Positions 19,383 through 32,884 of a stretch of DNA of 64,000 nt are shown here, one piece after another. The stretch comes from an uncultured Verrucomicrobiae bacterium (lineage in GTDB: Bacteria; Verrucomicrobiota; Verrucomicrobiia; Limisphaerales; Palsa-1400). Below the pieces are notes generated by a model. The model did no database searches. It was not told the DNA's origin and saw nothing but the letters and a program-made list of their open reading frames with translations. The stretch's first letter is position 1. The number at the start of each line of letters is the position of its first letter. The stretch spans positions 1,152,001-1,216,000 of the forward strand of contig CAVXRD010000001.1 of the NCBI GenBank assembly GCA_963764165.1. Reading direction: 5' to 3'. The position numbers and the translations under genes were made by a program.

Positions 19383-19471
19383 TGTGACGGCTCCGTGTGA
19401 CCCTTTGTGACGGTATTTGTGACGGACTAAGTGCTTGATTGACAACGTTGTGACGGGTGTGACGGCTTTTT
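19383..19471 (+). repeat. Hexamer-array module copy B (TGTGAC x4, core, x2, T5)
   Basis: Hexamers at 19383, 19396, 19406, 19418, 19449 and 19458; core TAAGTGCTTGATTGACAACGT; TTTTT at 19467. Confidence 0.88.
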
Positions 19472-19768
19472 AGGGGGGTGTGTATGCATATGCCACCCAA
19501 GCGGTCAATTTAACGCCTGGGATCGAAGCGGGTCAAAACGAGGCAGGCATCTATGATTCCAACCCAATGTCAGCAAATCTCACCAAATCCAAGCAAATCG
19601 CACCTGTTTTCTTGCTTGGTGAAAACAGGCCGCGGCGGCGCCTTTGCGAATTATAATTAGGATTGACACTTTGGGATAAACATTTCTCGAACCGGAGATC
19701 GAGGCAAAACATGGTTGCTTTGAGCGGGTTGTGCATTAGAATTCACGAGTTAATTTGGACGACACTTC

Positions 19769-20623
19769 ATGTTAGGCACCCTGAATCCAGGTGAGGAAGC
19801 GCAACTGCGGCAGACGATTGAGATGTTCGAGGTCATCACTCAATCGCAGCCGCAGGACTATCAATCGCTTGAAATCCTCAAGGAAGCCTACCTGAAACTC
19901 GGCCTCGAACGCGAGGTGATCCACACTTCAAAACGCATCGCCGAGGCCTATGTGCAACTGGGCCAGCTTTCCTCCGCCATTCTCGAATACGAGACCATTC
20001 TCCAGCGGTTCCCCGGCGACAAGGACGCGATGGCCGCCATGGCGCAAATCGAAAGCAAGGCCAACAACCTGACCAAGCCCGCGCCGGAAATTGAAATGCC
20101 CGCGCCGCCGCAAAAATCTTCCACAACCTCCATCCTTAAGAAGCTCGGCGTCAAACAGGTCGCCAAGCCGGAGGTCGATGACGGGCGGCAGACGATGTTC
20201 AAGTATTTCGTGGATGCGAAACTGCTGACGGCGCCGGATTTTGACGCGTGCTGGCCTGCCCCGAGTCTGACCATGTCGCCGGTCAAAGCCGTCGAGCCAT
20301 TCATCCACGTCCTGGCGGAAAAGCAGATCATGCCGGTGGACAAATCGCTCAAGGTCCTGGCCGACCGCTCACGACTTTCCTACGTCCCGCTTGATCGTTA
20401 CGAGATCGATATCGAGTTCGCCCGCACGGCTCCGCGCGACGTTTGCCGCCGCTGGTGCGTGGTGCCGTTTGACCGGATGAGCAAGTCTCTCATGATTGCC
20501 ACCGCCAACCCGTTCAACAAGCAGGCGTTGATCGATTTGGAGGATGCCCTGCAGCAGCGGCTGCTGCTTTATCTTTCGCCGCCGGCGGATTTGATCCGCG
20601 TCCTGGCCAAGGTCTTCCGCTGA
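19769..20623 (+). CDS. TPR-like plus MshEN/T2SSE_N domain protein associated with pilB
   Basis: Helical N-terminus (IAEAYVQLGQLSSAILEYE); C-terminal CRRWCVVPFD..LMIATANPFN resembles the GspE/PilB N-domain. Confidence 0.75.
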   Translation: MLGTLNPGEEAQLRQTIEMFEVITQSQPQDYQSLEILKEAYLKLGLEREVIHTSKRIAEAYVQLGQLSSAILEYETILQRFPGDKDAMAAMAQIESKANNLTKPAPEIEMPAPPQKSSTTSILKKLGVKQVAKPEVDDGRQTMFKYFVDAKLLTAPDFDACWPAPSLTMSPVKAVEPFIHVLAEKQIMPVDKSLKVLADRSRLSYVPLDRYEIDIEFARTAPRDVCRRWCVVPFDRMSKSLMIATANPFNKQALIDLEDALQQRLLLYLSPPADLIRVLAKVFR

Positions 20624-20634
20624 TCGCCGCCGCC

Positions 20635-22380
20635 ATGCCACCTGTCAATAAATCACTCGGGGAACGGATTGCCGACGCGCTCGTTGAAGACGGGCTGCTG
20701 ACCGGCAAGCAGGTCGAGGAGTTGCTGGAGCAGCAGAAAAAGGAAGGCACGCGCTTCATTAAGCTGGTGGTGGAGAAGGCGTATGTCACGGAGATTGACC
20801 TTGTCGTTTCGATGGGCAGGGTGCTGAACACGCCGCCGGTCAATGTGTCCCGCCTGGGCATCGCGGCGGAAGTCAGCGAATTGGTGCCCAAGGACATGGC
20901 CAACAATTACAAGGTCCTGCCCGTTTCGCGCCTGGGCAACCGCCTTTACCTCGCCATGGCCGATCCCTTGAACGTCCTCGCCGTGGACGATGTCAAGCGC
21001 ACGACAAAACTCGAGGTTTTCCCGCTCATCGCCTCCGAGAAAGCGATTGTTGACAAGCTCAACAACATGGAAAACTCCCGCGCCACCACGATGGAGGACA
21101 TCATCCAGGATGCCGCCAAGCAGGCGGAGGCGGAAGCGGAGGCGGACAACCTGGAAATCTCCACGGACGCGGTCGAGACGACGGATTTGGCGCAATTGGC
21201 CGCGTCTTCCGAGGAAGCGCCTGTCATCAAGCTTGCCAATTTGATTCTCGTCCAGGCGATCAAGGACCGTGCCAGTGATATTCATCTTGAGCCGTTTGAG
21301 AACATGGTCCGGCTGCGCTATCGCGTGGACGGTGGATTGATCGACATGCCGCCGCCACCCAAGGCATTGCAGGTCGCGCTGACGTCGCGCATCAAGGTCA
21401 TGAGCAATTTGGACATTGCCGAGCGCCGCCTGCCGCAGGACGGGCGCATGCGCGTGCGCGTCGGCGGGCGCGATGTCGATTTGCGCGTCTCGTTTCTCCC
21501 GACGGTGCATGGCGAAAAATGCGTCTTGCGCGTGCTGGATAAATCGAACCTATCGGCCAGCATGGACAAACTCGGCATTGATGCGGAAACGTATGTGCGC
21601 TTCAAGTCGGCGGTCGATGCTCCGCACGGATTGATTCTCGTCACCGGCCCCACCGGTTCTGGAAAAACGACCACGCTTTACTCGGCGCTGAACGAACTCA
21701 ACGGGCCGCAATACAACATCGTCACTGTGGAAGATCCGGTGGAATTCCAGCTTCCCGGCGTTAACCAGGTTCCGGTCAAGAAAGAAATAGGTTTGACGTT
21801 TGCCAGCGCCCTGCGCTCGATTCTGCGCCAGGACCCGGACATCATCATGATCGGGGAAATTCGCGATACGGAAACCGCCGAAATCGCGGTTGAATCCGCC
21901 CTGACCGGCCACCAGGTTTTGAGCACGATGCATTGCAATGACGCTCCCGGCGCCATCTCGCGTTTGGACGACATGGAAATTGCGCCGTTCCTGATTTCCT
22001 CCGCCGTCATTCTCGCCTGCGCCCAGCGGCTCATGCGCCGCATTTGCCCAAGTTGCAAGGAGCCGGTCATTTATCCGGACAAGATGTTCGCCGACCTTGG
22101 CATCGACCCGAATTATTTTCACGGCGCCCCGCTCTACCGCGGACGCGGCTGCGAGCGCTGCAAAAATTCCGGTTACTCCGGACGCCTGGCCATCATCGAG
22201 GCGATGACCATGACGGATGAGATTCGAAAGCTGGTCATTCAACGGGTGAGCGCGAGCGAAATCGGCAAAGTTGCCATCTCGCAAGGCATGAAGACGTTGC
22301 GCGTCGTCGGCCTGGAGAAATGCAAGGACGGCATGTCCACCCTCGAACAGACTCTCCTCCTCACGTCCGCCGAACATTGA
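20635..22380 (+). CDS. pilB: Type IV pilus / T2SS assembly ATPase (PilB/GspE family)
   Basis: ASDIHLEP, DIAERRLPQDGR, Walker A GPTGSGKTT, LRQDPDIIMIGEIRD, CPSC/CERC zinc motif. Confidence 0.88.
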   Translation: MPPVNKSLGERIADALVEDGLLTGKQVEELLEQQKKEGTRFIKLVVEKAYVTEIDLVVSMGRVLNTPPVNVSRLGIAAEVSELVPKDMANNYKVLPVSRLGNRLYLAMADPLNVLAVDDVKRTTKLEVFPLIASEKAIVDKLNNMENSRATTMEDIIQDAAKQAEAEAEADNLEISTDAVETTDLAQLAASSEEAPVIKLANLILVQAIKDRASDIHLEPFENMVRLRYRVDGGLIDMPPPPKALQVALTSRIKVMSNLDIAERRLPQDGRMRVRVGGRDVDLRVSFLPTVHGEKCVLRVLDKSNLSASMDKLGIDAETYVRFKSAVDAPHGLILVTGPTGSGKTTTLYSALNELNGPQYNIVTVEDPVEFQLPGVNQVPVKKEIGLTFASALRSILRQDPDIIMIGEIRDTETAEIAVESALTGHQVLSTMHCNDAPGAISRLDDMEIAPFLISSAVILACAQRLMRRICPSCKEPVIYPDKMFADLGIDPNYFHGAPLYRGRGCERCKNSGYSGRLAIIEAMTMTDEIRKLVIQRVSASEIGKVAISQGMKTLRVVGLEKCKDGMSTLEQTLLLTSAEH

Positions 22381-22403
22381 CAGAAGCCCACAGGGCTGCG
22401 AGG

Positions 22404-25400
22404 TTGTCCCACTTGGTTCAAGACCGGCCCAAAATTGCGACCGGTGATGTCTTCACGGTCGTCGAAGAAACTCCCGTTGCGCAATCCCTGCGCGAGCGCG
22501 TGGAGGCGGGAGAGATGTTGTCATTTTCCCGCGTCAGCCCCGGCGCGCAGCCTTTTGTCGCAGCGCTCTGCGCCCGATTATTCCCGTCACGTCCCATCGT
22601 CGTTGTCACCGAAGGATTAAAAGTCGCGGAGTCATTTCAGCAAGACTTGGAAACCTGGATGGATCCCGCCAAGCCGCATTTCTTTCCCGATTGGGAAATG
22701 CTGCCCCACGAAACCAAGCTGCCCCACGCCGATGTGGTAAGCGAGCGGCTGGCGGCCCTGGTCGCGTTGGCGGATGGCCCGAAAGATTCCCCTTCCCCGC
22801 TGCTGGTGACGAATGTCACGGCGCTTCTCCAAAAAACCTGGCCGAGCGCCGAATTGAAAAAACGCACCCGCCGACTGAGCAAAGGCGATTCGATTGATCC
22901 GCTCGATTTAATTGAATGGCTGGAAGAGCAATCCTACGAACCCGAGGCCCAGGTGACGCAAAAAGGCAACATCGCCATGCGCGGCGGCATCGTGGACGTC
23001 TGGCCGCTGGCCAGCCCGTGGCCGGTGCGATTGGAATTTTTTGGGAGCGATCTGGAATCGCTGCGCTACTTCGACCCAGTCAGCCAGATTTCGCGCGAGG
23101 AAGCGAAGGAAATCATCATCGCGCCGGGCGGCGAGGTCGGTCTGCTGAAGCGGGAACAGGGAATTGCAGCGGCGAGTCTGCTCGATTATCTCCCGTCGCA
23201 AACGCTCTTTCTTTTCTTCGAACCGGATTTGCTCGACGCGCAAGCGAAGCGTTATGAAGAGCAAGTCGCCGCCGGCAATCCGCTCCTGATGCAATGGGAG
23301 GAATGGAAGGCGGAAGTCGTTCGGCGAAAATCCCCGTCCATCGCCATCAGCGATTTTGCGCAAACGTTTGAAGAGGATATTGTCGTGGATTTGGAGAAGC
23401 TTGAGCGCCAGGATAGTTTGGAATTTCAAGGTTTGGACGTTTTTCGTCCGATTGGCGCCCGCCAGCCTGAGCCTCACGTCGCCGAAGCGCAGCGGAAGGA
23501 GTTCTTCCAGCAAATCCACCGCTGGCTGCGGCAGGATTATGCTGTCCACGTCTTGTGCAATAATGACGGCGAACGGCAGAGGTTCGGGGAAATTTGGAAC
23601 GAGTATGGCCTCGGAGAAATTAGCGAGCTTCACATGCGACTCGGCAGCATCTCGCGCGGATTTCTGTGCGAGGCGGCCAAGCTGGTGGTGGTCACGGACG
23701 CCGAGATTTTCGGGCGCTACAAAGTGCAGCGGCCGCGCCGGTTGAAATCGCCCCACGCCGCCGCCAGCCGTTCGCTGCTGGACATTAATTTCGCGGAATT
23801 GGAGGAAGGCGATTATGTCGTGCATTTGCAGCACGGCATTGGCCGCTATTTGGGATTGAAATCGCTTCCAGACGCGGTCGGCGAGTCCGGGCAGGAATGC
23901 ATGGCCATCGAGTACGCGCCATCGGAATCAGGCCAGCAGGCGCCGAAGCTTTTTGTTCCGCTGAGCCAGGCGCATCTCGTCAGCAAATATGTCGGCGCGG
24001 GACGCGGCCGACCTCCGCTCAATACGCTGACGGGCAAACGCTGGATCAAAACCATCGACCAGGCGCAACACGCCGTGCGCGATGTTGCTGCGGACATGCT
24101 TTCCATCCAAGCCGCACGCGCCACGCAAATCGGCCATTCGTTTCCGCCCGACAGCGCGTGGCAGATGGAATTCGAGAACAGCTTTCTCTACGAGGAAACT
24201 CCGGACCAGGCTAAAGCCATCGCCGCCTCGAAAGCCGACATGGAAGCGCCCAAGCCAATGGACCGCCTGATTTGCGGCGATGTTGGCTATGGCAAAACAG
24301 AAGTGGCAATACGTGCCGCCTTCAAAGCCGCCCTCGGTGGAAAACAAGTCGCCGTCCTCGTGCCAACCACCGTGCTGGCCCAGCAGCACTACAACAATTT
24401 CCGCGAGCGCATGGCGGATTATCCTGTGCGCGTAGAGTTGCTCTCGCGCTTCCGCAACAAGCGCGAGCAGGCCCGCGTCGTGCGCGAGCTGGCGGGGGGA
24501 TCAGTGGATATCGTCATCGGCACGCACCGGCTTTTGCAGGGCGACATCGTTTTCAAGGATTTGGGGCTGGTGGTCATCGACGAAGAACAGCGCTTCGGCG
24601 TCTTGCACAAGGAGCGTTTCAAGAGATTCCGCACCATGGTGGACGTCCTCACGCTGACGGCGACACCGATCCCGCGCACGCTCTACCTCGCGCTGGCCGG
24701 GGCGCGCGACATGAGCACCATCGAAACGCCGCCGCAGGATCGGCTCCCGGTGGAGACCATTGTCACGGGCTACGATGAACGCCTCATCCGCGACGCCGTC
24801 CGCCGCGAAATGAATCGAGGCGGCCAGGTTTTCTTCCTGCACAATCGTGTGTTTGACATAGAGACGGCGGCCCAGAAATTGCGGCAGTTGGTTCCCGAGG
24901 CGCGCATCGCGGTCGGCCACGGGCAGATGCACGCCGACCAGCTTGAGGAGGTGATGACCGGCTTCATCAATGGCGAGAGCGATGTTCTCTTTTCCACCAC
25001 GATCATCGAAAGCGGCATCGATATTCCGAACGCCAACACAATTATAATTGACAGAGCGGACCGGTTTGGCTTGAGCGATTTGTATCAATTGCGCGGGCGG
25101 GTGGGGCGCTACAAGCACCAGGCTTACGCCTACCTTCTGCTGCCGCGCCACGCTGGATTGTTGACAGACGCGCGCAAACGCCTCGGGGCCATCAAGCAGT
25201 ATTCCAGCCTTGGCAGCGGATTCAAAATTGCCATGCGCGACTTGGAGATTCGCGGCGCGGGGAATTTGCTGGGCGCGGAGCAAAGCGGACATATTGCCGC
25301 AGTCGGATTTGAATTATACTGCCAGCTTCTCAAGCGCAGCGTCGGCCAGCTCAAAGGCGAAACACCCGCGACCCAGGTGGAGACGCAGATCCGCCTTGAT

Positions 25401-25772
25401 TTCCTTCCGACGGGCCAGCAGGACACTGGCGCATTTCTGCCGGCGGGCTATGTTGCCGAACCGCAACAGCGCATTGAGATGTATCGCAAGCTGGCCCAGG
25501 CTGCCGATGCGCGCGCGTTAAGCGACTTGCGAAATGAGTGGCGCGACCGTTTCGGGCCGGTGCCGGAGCCTGCGGAACTGGCGCTGCAGGTGGCCGACCT
25601 AAAGATCGCCGCCGCCGCCAAGGGGCTGTCGACAATAGAAGTCAAAGAGGGAAAGCTAGTGCTAAAGCGGAATAACGACTTTGTCATGGCGGGAGGAAAA
25701 TTCCCGCGCCTGAGAAAAACCGAGCCAGCGGCGCGCCTGCGGGAGATTAAGAAGCTAATCCTTGCATTATGA
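22404..25772 (+). CDS. mfd: Transcription-repair coupling factor
   Basis: GDYVVHLQHGIGRY, CGDVGYGKTEVA, IDEEQRFGV, QLRGRVGR, TRCF C-terminus. Start uncertain (TTG 22404 avoids the pilB overlap; ATG 22515 is an alternative). Confidence 0.95.
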   Translation: MSHLVQDRPKIATGDVFTVVEETPVAQSLRERVEAGEMLSFSRVSPGAQPFVAALCARLFPSRPIVVVTEGLKVAESFQQDLETWMDPAKPHFFPDWEMLPHETKLPHADVVSERLAALVALADGPKDSPSPLLVTNVTALLQKTWPSAELKKRTRRLSKGDSIDPLDLIEWLEEQSYEPEAQVTQKGNIAMRGGIVDVWPLASPWPVRLEFFGSDLESLRYFDPVSQISREEAKEIIIAPGGEVGLLKREQGIAAASLLDYLPSQTLFLFFEPDLLDAQAKRYEEQVAAGNPLLMQWEEWKAEVVRRKSPSIAISDFAQTFEEDIVVDLEKLERQDSLEFQGLDVFRPIGARQPEPHVAEAQRKEFFQQIHRWLRQDYAVHVLCNNDGERQRFGEIWNEYGLGEISELHMRLGSISRGFLCEAAKLVVVTDAEIFGRYKVQRPRRLKSPHAAASRSLLDINFAELEEGDYVVHLQHGIGRYLGLKSLPDAVGESGQECMAIEYAPSESGQQAPKLFVPLSQAHLVSKYVGAGRGRPPLNTLTGKRWIKTIDQAQHAVRDVAADMLSIQAARATQIGHSFPPDSAWQMEFENSFLYEETPDQAKAIAASKADMEAPKPMDRLICGDVGYGKTEVAIRAAFKAALGGKQVAVLVPTTVLAQQHYNNFRERMADYPVRVELLSRFRNKREQARVVRELAGGSVDIVIGTHRLLQGDIVFKDLGLVVIDEEQRFGVLHKERFKRFRTMVDVLTLTATPIPRTLYLALAGARDMSTIETPPQDRLPVETIVTGYDERLIRDAVRREMNRGGQVFFLHNRVFDIETAAQKLRQLVPEARIAVGHGQMHADQLEEVMTGFINGESDVLFSTTIIESGIDIPNANTIIIDRADRFGLSDLYQLRGRVGRYKHQAYAYLLLPRHAGLLTDARKRLGAIKQYSSLGSGFKIAMRDLEIRGAGNLLGAEQSGHIAAVGFELYCQLLKRSVGQLKGETPATQVETQIRLDFLPTGQQDTGAFLPAGYVAEPQQRIEMYRKLAQAADARALSDLRNEWRDRFGPVPEPAELALQVADLKIAAAAKGLSTIEVKEGKLVLKRNNDFVMAGGKFPRLRKTEPAARLREIKKLILAL

Positions 25773-25844
25773 AATGCTCGCATTCCTTGTGCCAATCAAT
25801 CAGGGAAGCATGTAATTTATATTACAAAAAAGCCTGAGCAGCCC

Positions 25845-25873
25845 TTGACGAAAGGCCCTAAGGTAACCATATT
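25845..25873 (+). promoter_or_regulatory. Candidate sigma70 promoter of rpoD
   Basis: TTGACG-17 bp-CATATT, preceded by the palindrome TGTAAT-N4-ATTACA (25811-25826). Confidence 0.5.
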
Positions 25874-26012
25874 GTCGCTCATTTTGGACTTTGAGCGATC
25901 CAGGAAAAACTTTGTGAAACCAGAAGCCAAAACTAGCCTGAAACCAGAGGCGCGGTTAAAGCGGGCGGCACATCACTCTTCCTCTGAACCAGCAAAGAAA
26001 ACAAGAAAAACA

Positions 26013-27716
26013 ATGGCTGCATCCGTCACTAATACCATCGAAACTCGTTTGCATATTCAACACGCTGAAGTTCTGGCGGCGAAGAATCCTGGCTTGGATC
26101 TCTCCGAAAAAGTTAAGGAGCTTGTCCGCCTGGCGCAGGAGCAGGGATACCTTACCTACACGGACATCAACGACGCCATTCCCGACGGCGTCATCTCGCC
26201 CGATGAACTCGACGATCTCTACAGCAAGCTCCGCAATCTCGAAGTCGAGATTGTCGACCAGGCTGAAGTGGATCGCGTCAAGCAGCCCGAGCCCGACGAA
26301 GAGGAAGACAAGGGCCGGATGGATATTCTCGACGATCCCGTCCGCATGTATCTCAAGCAGATGGGCCAGGTCCCCCTGCTCACCCGCGAACAGGAAGTCG
26401 AAATTTCCAAGCGCATCGAAGATGCGGAAAACGAGGTCAAACGCATCATTTACGGCTTCGGTTTTGCGGCCAAGGAGCACATTGCGCTGGCGGAAAAACT
26501 CATTTCGCAGCCGCCCAAGGAGCGTTTTGACCGCGTGATCGTCGACAAAAAAGTCGAGGGCCGCGACAATCATCTTCGCACCTTGCGCCGCCTGGTGAAA
26601 CAAGTTCGCGCGCTGGACGAGGACGTGGATCAAAAATACGCCCGAGTCCAAGCCGAGAAATCCGAGAATGGCCAGTCCGATTCGCTGGCGCATGATTTCA
26701 AGAAGCACGAAGAACGACTCCAGCGCTCTTTCGCCAAGTTTTACTACAAGCAGCGCGTGATTGAAGAAATGGCGCTGGTGGCCGACAACATCCACGACCG
26801 CATGCAGCTTTGCCGCCGCACGCTCGCGCAGTTGGAGGAACAGGGGCTCGCCCAGCAGCATCCGGCGCTCCTTGAAAACGAACACCGCAAAATCAAGCAA
26901 TTGCAAGATTTCGTGCGGATGTCGTGCGATCAGTATCTCGCCTCCTACATGGAGTTGCAGCATTTCAACAAGAAGGCCATTCAGGCCAAGACTGAAATGG
27001 TGGAGGCGAATTTGCGCCTCGTCATTTCGATCGCCAAGAAATACACCAACCGCGGCCTTTCTTTCCTCGACCTGATTCAGGAAGGCAACATGGGTTTGAT
27101 GAAGGCGGTCGAAAAATTCGAGTATCGCCGCGGCTACAAGTTCTCGACCTACGCCACTTGGTGGATCCGCCAGGCCATCACCCGCTCCATTGCCGACCAG
27201 GCGCGAACCATCCGCATCCCGGTGCACATGATCGAAACGATCAACAAATTGATGCGCGTGCAGAAGCAGCTCATCCAGGATTTCGGGCGCGAACCGTCGC
27301 CGGATGAAATCGCGGATGAAATGCAAATCCCCGTTGAACGCGTCCGCGCGGTCTTGAAGATGGCGCAGCAGCCCATCTCCCTTCAATCACCGGTCGGCGA
27401 CAGCGAAGACACGAATTTCGGTGATTTCATCGAAGACAAGTCGGCGGAAAATCCGTCCGACATGACGAGCTACAGTTTGCTCAAGGATAAGTTGGGCGAC
27501 GTGCTGTCCAGCCTCTCCGAACGCGAACGCAAAGTGCTCGAACTCCGTTTTGGCCTTGGCGACGGTTATTCGCGGACGTTGGAAGAAGTGGGCCGCCAAT
27601 TCAAAGTCACCCGCGAACGCATCCGCCAGATCGAGGCAAAAGCGTTGCGTAAAATGCGCCACCCGACGCGCATCCGCCACCTGTCGGGCTTCCTCGAAAC
27701 GACCGAGCCGGCGTAA
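26013..27716 (+). CDS. rpoD: Primary RNA polymerase sigma factor
   Basis: [75 protein letters not shown]. Start probably ATG 26013. Confidence 0.97.
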   Translation: MAASVTNTIETRLHIQHAEVLAAKNPGLDLSEKVKELVRLAQEQGYLTYTDINDAIPDGVISPDELDDLYSKLRNLEVEIVDQAEVDRVKQPEPDEEEDKGRMDILDDPVRMYLKQMGQVPLLTREQEVEISKRIEDAENEVKRIIYGFGFAAKEHIALAEKLISQPPKERFDRVIVDKKVEGRDNHLRTLRRLVKQVRALDEDVDQKYARVQAEKSENGQSDSLAHDFKKHEERLQRSFAKFYYKQRVIEEMALVADNIHDRMQLCRRTLAQLEEQGLAQQHPALLENEHRKIKQLQDFVRMSCDQYLASYMELQHFNKKAIQAKTEMVEANLRLVISIAKKYTNRGLSFLDLIQEGNMGLMKAVEKFEYRRGYKFSTYATWWIRQAITRSIADQARTIRIPVHMIETINKLMRVQKQLIQDFGREPSPDEIADEMQIPVERVRAVLKMAQQPISLQSPVGDSEDTNFGDFIEDKSAENPSDMTSYSLLKDKLGDVLSSLSERERKVLELRFGLGDGYSRTLEEVGRQFKVTRERIRQIEAKALRKMRHPTRIRHLSGFLETTEPA

Positions 27717-27738
27717 GCTGGATCGGAGTAGGAATTTC

Positions 27739-27772
27739 AGGCGCACCGTATTTCCGGTGCGCCTTTTGTTTT
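27739..27772 (+). terminator. Intrinsic terminator after rpoD
   Basis: AGGCGCACCG-TATTTC-CGGTGCGCCT followed by TTTGTTTT. Confidence 0.85.
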
Positions 27773-27824
27773 CACTGGGAAAAGCGGCATTTACGCGGCA
27801 ACGGCGATGAGATAATGTAAGGAT

Positions 27825-28601
27825 ATGAAGGCGAACGCCAGCGGCTTCACGGTTGCAAAGGCTCTTTTCATTGGTTTCTTCTCCTTCGCGTTCCTGGTTG
27901 CGGGTGGAGAATCCAATGGCAATCGGCTGCAAGATCTTTTGGCCAAGATCACCCAACAGTGGAATGGGAATGTCGCTCGAAACGAACGAGGAGAGGTCGT
28001 GTCGATTCGTCTATACGACGAATTTTTGGCGGAGACTAATTTCGGGCTGATTAGGAATCTGCCTTCATTAACCAACGTAATCCTAAGATACTCTTCAACG
28101 ACACCGCTGACCGAAAAAGCCGTGGATTCGCTCGCTGCCGCTCCTAACCTGAAGAGCGTGGAATTGGCGTGCTTTTTCAGCAGGATTGAACCCGGAGTGT
28201 TCCCAAAACTTTGCAGCATCAGAAACCTTACGGGGATGATTCTTTACGGAGCGTGCCCAACGCATGAGGATTTTCGCGCCATTACAAACCTTCAAAACCT
28301 AACTTTCTTTGCAGTCGCTTATTCGAAGAATTTTGGAAAACAAGACTTGTCTGTGTTGACTGCGTTGCCGCGTTTGAATTCTTTGGTGATTGCCGGGACG
28401 ATGGTTACAAATACCGACACCAATATTCTGAAAAGCTGCCCGTCGTTGACCAACTTTGTGTTTAATGGGAACAGACCGCAGACGAATGCCTCGGCCGGAG
28501 AGACCAAAAGCGGCGGGCAGATCATCAGGGTTCCGTCCGCCGCAGAGAGGGAAAAAGGCGCAAAAATCGAGGTCGCGCCCACCATGGACAGCAACGAATA
28601 G
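27825..28601 (+). CDS. Exported leucine-rich-repeat-like hypothetical protein
   Basis: Hydrophobic N-terminus; LPSLTNVIL, PNLKSVEL, RNLTGMIL, QNLTFFAV, PRLNSLVI LRR-like periodicity; more AT-rich than its neighbours. Confidence 0.7.
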   Translation: MKANASGFTVAKALFIGFFSFAFLVAGGESNGNRLQDLLAKITQQWNGNVARNERGEVVSIRLYDEFLAETNFGLIRNLPSLTNVILRYSSTTPLTEKAVDSLAAAPNLKSVELACFFSRIEPGVFPKLCSIRNLTGMILYGACPTHEDFRAITNLQNLTFFAVAYSKNFGKQDLSVLTALPRLNSLVIAGTMVTNTDTNILKSCPSLTNFVFNGNRPQTNASAGETKSGGQIIRVPSAAEREKGAKIEVAPTMDSNE

Positions 28602-28674
28602 CGTCGCTCAAATTGCCACCCCGGTTCCCGTTCCCCTAACTTGACAGCAAGACCATCCGGGCAGATTTTCTTGC

Positions 28675-31299
<2,625 letters not shown>

Positions 31300-31310
31300 G
31301 GCTCGCGGAG

Positions 31311-31385
31311 CCGTCCTATTAGGCCTATATCGGTCCTATTCGTCCCATTTTCATGGGAGGAATGGGAATAACGGGAAATATGAGG
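31311..31385. repeat. ~9-bp-period CCYAT/ATGGG imperfect palindromic element between convergent clpB and gatA
   Basis: GTCCTATT/GGCCTATA/GTCCTATT/GTCCCATT then ATGGGAGGA/ATGGGAATA/ACGGGAATA. Confidence 0.65.
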
Positions 31386-31389
31386 CGCC

Positions 31390-32877
31390 TTATGCCGTCT
31401 CCGTGACAATCGGCGCCCGTTCTTTGTGCCACGGCGTAGCCTGCTCGTAGGCGTAAGCCAATTGGAGAATCGTCTGTTCGCCAAAGGGTTTGCCCAAAAG
31501 CTGCAAGCCAATCGGCAGGCGCGGATTCTTGGTAAACCCGCACGGCAGGCTCAATCCGCAAATTCCCGCCAGATTGCACGAGATCGTGAAAATGTCTGAC
31601 AAATACATTTGCAGCGGGTCGTCCGTTTTCTCTCCGGCTTTGAATGCGGCGGTCGGCGTGGTGGGCGTGATGATCGCGTCCACTTTTTCAAAAGCTTCCA
31701 GGAAATCGCGGCGGATGAGTGTTCGCACTTTTTGCGCGCGCAAATAATACGCGTCGTAATAACCGCTGCTCAAAACGTATGCGCCAAGAATAATGCGGCG
31801 TTTGACCTCCGGCCCGAACCCCGCTCCGCGCGTCTTGCAATAAAGGTCCGTCGGATCGCTGCCATCGACGCGCAATCCATAGCGGATGCCATCGAACCGG
31901 GCGAGGTTAGCGCTCGCCTCCGCGGTGGCCACAATGTAGTAGGTCGCGACGGCGTAATCAGTATGAGGTAGCGAAACCTCGACAATTTCCGCGCCCATTT
32001 GTTCGTAAAGTTTCACCGCCGCCTGCACTGCGGCACTGACCTCGGGGTCAAGCCCGCCGATCATGTATTCCTTCGGCAAGCCGAGCTTGAGCCCTTTGAT
32101 CGGCGCGGCAAGACCAGCGGCGTAATCCGGCACCGGCTCGTTGACGCTCGTTGAATCGCGCGGATCGTAGCCGCTCATGGCGGCCATAATCAGCGCGGTG
32201 TCGCGAATGTCCTGCGTCAGCGGCCCGATCTGATCGAGCGACGACGCAAACGCCGTCAACCCGTAGCGCGAGACCCGCCCATACGTCGGCTTAAAACCCA
32301 CGCAACCGCACAGCGCCGCAGGTTGGCGAATCGATCCGCCCGTGTCCGTACCAAGCGAGGCAATGCACTCCGCCGCGGCAACCGAAGCTGCCGAACCGCC
32401 CGACGAGCCGCCCGGAATGCGCGTTTCGTCCCAGGGATTGCGGGTCACGAAAAAGGCCGAATTCTCCGTCGAACTGCCCATGGCGAATTCGTCCATGTTC
32501 AACCTTCCAAAAATGATCGCCCCAGCTTCCTGCAATTTTTCAATCGCCGTCGCGCTGTAGGGAGAAACGAAATTCCCGAGAATTTTCGAGCCGCAATTCA
32601 ATGGCTGCCCGCGCACCGCGAGGACGTCCTTCACCGCAATCGGAATTCCGAGCAGCGGCTTTTCCTTGTGCGTCGCGCCAGAGGCAAGCGCCTTGTCGGC
32701 GGCCTCGGCCTGGGCCATCGCATCGGCGGCATCGTAACTGAGAAAGGCCTTCAACCGGCCATCGACGCGCTCCACTTGTTGCAGGCACGCGCCCATGATT
32801 TCACGGGCGGAAACATCGCGGCGGGCCATCCGTTCGGCCAATTGCGAAATAGTCAATTGGTTGGGCATGAAAGTCAT
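31390..32877 (-). CDS. gatA: Glu-tRNA(Gln)/Asp-tRNA(Asn) amidotransferase subunit A
   Basis: Amidase signature [31 protein letters not shown]. Confidence 0.97.
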   Translation of the reverse strand: MTFMPNQLTISQLAERMARRDVSAREIMGACLQQVERVDGRLKAFLSYDAADAMAQAEAADKALASGATHKEKPLLGIPIAVKDVLAVRGQPLNCGSKILGNFVSPYSATAIEKLQEAGAIIFGRLNMDEFAMGSSTENSAFFVTRNPWDETRIPGGSSGGSAASVAAAECIASLGTDTGGSIRQPAALCGCVGFKPTYGRVSRYGLTAFASSLDQIGPLTQDIRDTALIMAAMSGYDPRDSTSVNEPVPDYAAGLAAPIKGLKLGLPKEYMIGGLDPEVSAAVQAAVKLYEQMGAEIVEVSLPHTDYAVATYYIVATAEASANLARFDGIRYGLRVDGSDPTDLYCKTRGAGFGPEVKRRIILGAYVLSSGYYDAYYLRAQKVRTLIRRDFLEAFEKVDAIITPTTPTAAFKAGEKTDDPLQMYLSDIFTISCNLAGICGLSLPCGFTKNPRLPIGLQLLGKPFGEQTILQLAYAYEQATPWHKERAPIVTETA

Positions 32878-32884
32878 GGGCGGG

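Noticed and set aside
19383..19471. Short repeat arrays as a possible CRISPR or VNTR
   Set aside because: Units are 6 bp with 3-25-bp gaps, with no 25-45-bp repeats, no spacers and no cas genes; reported instead as a separate module.
20635..20800. Canonical c-di-GMP-binding MshEN motif in PilB
   Set aside because: Both half-motifs are degenerate (RIADALVEDG, RFIKLVVEKA versus RLGxxLxxxG), so binding cannot be claimed.
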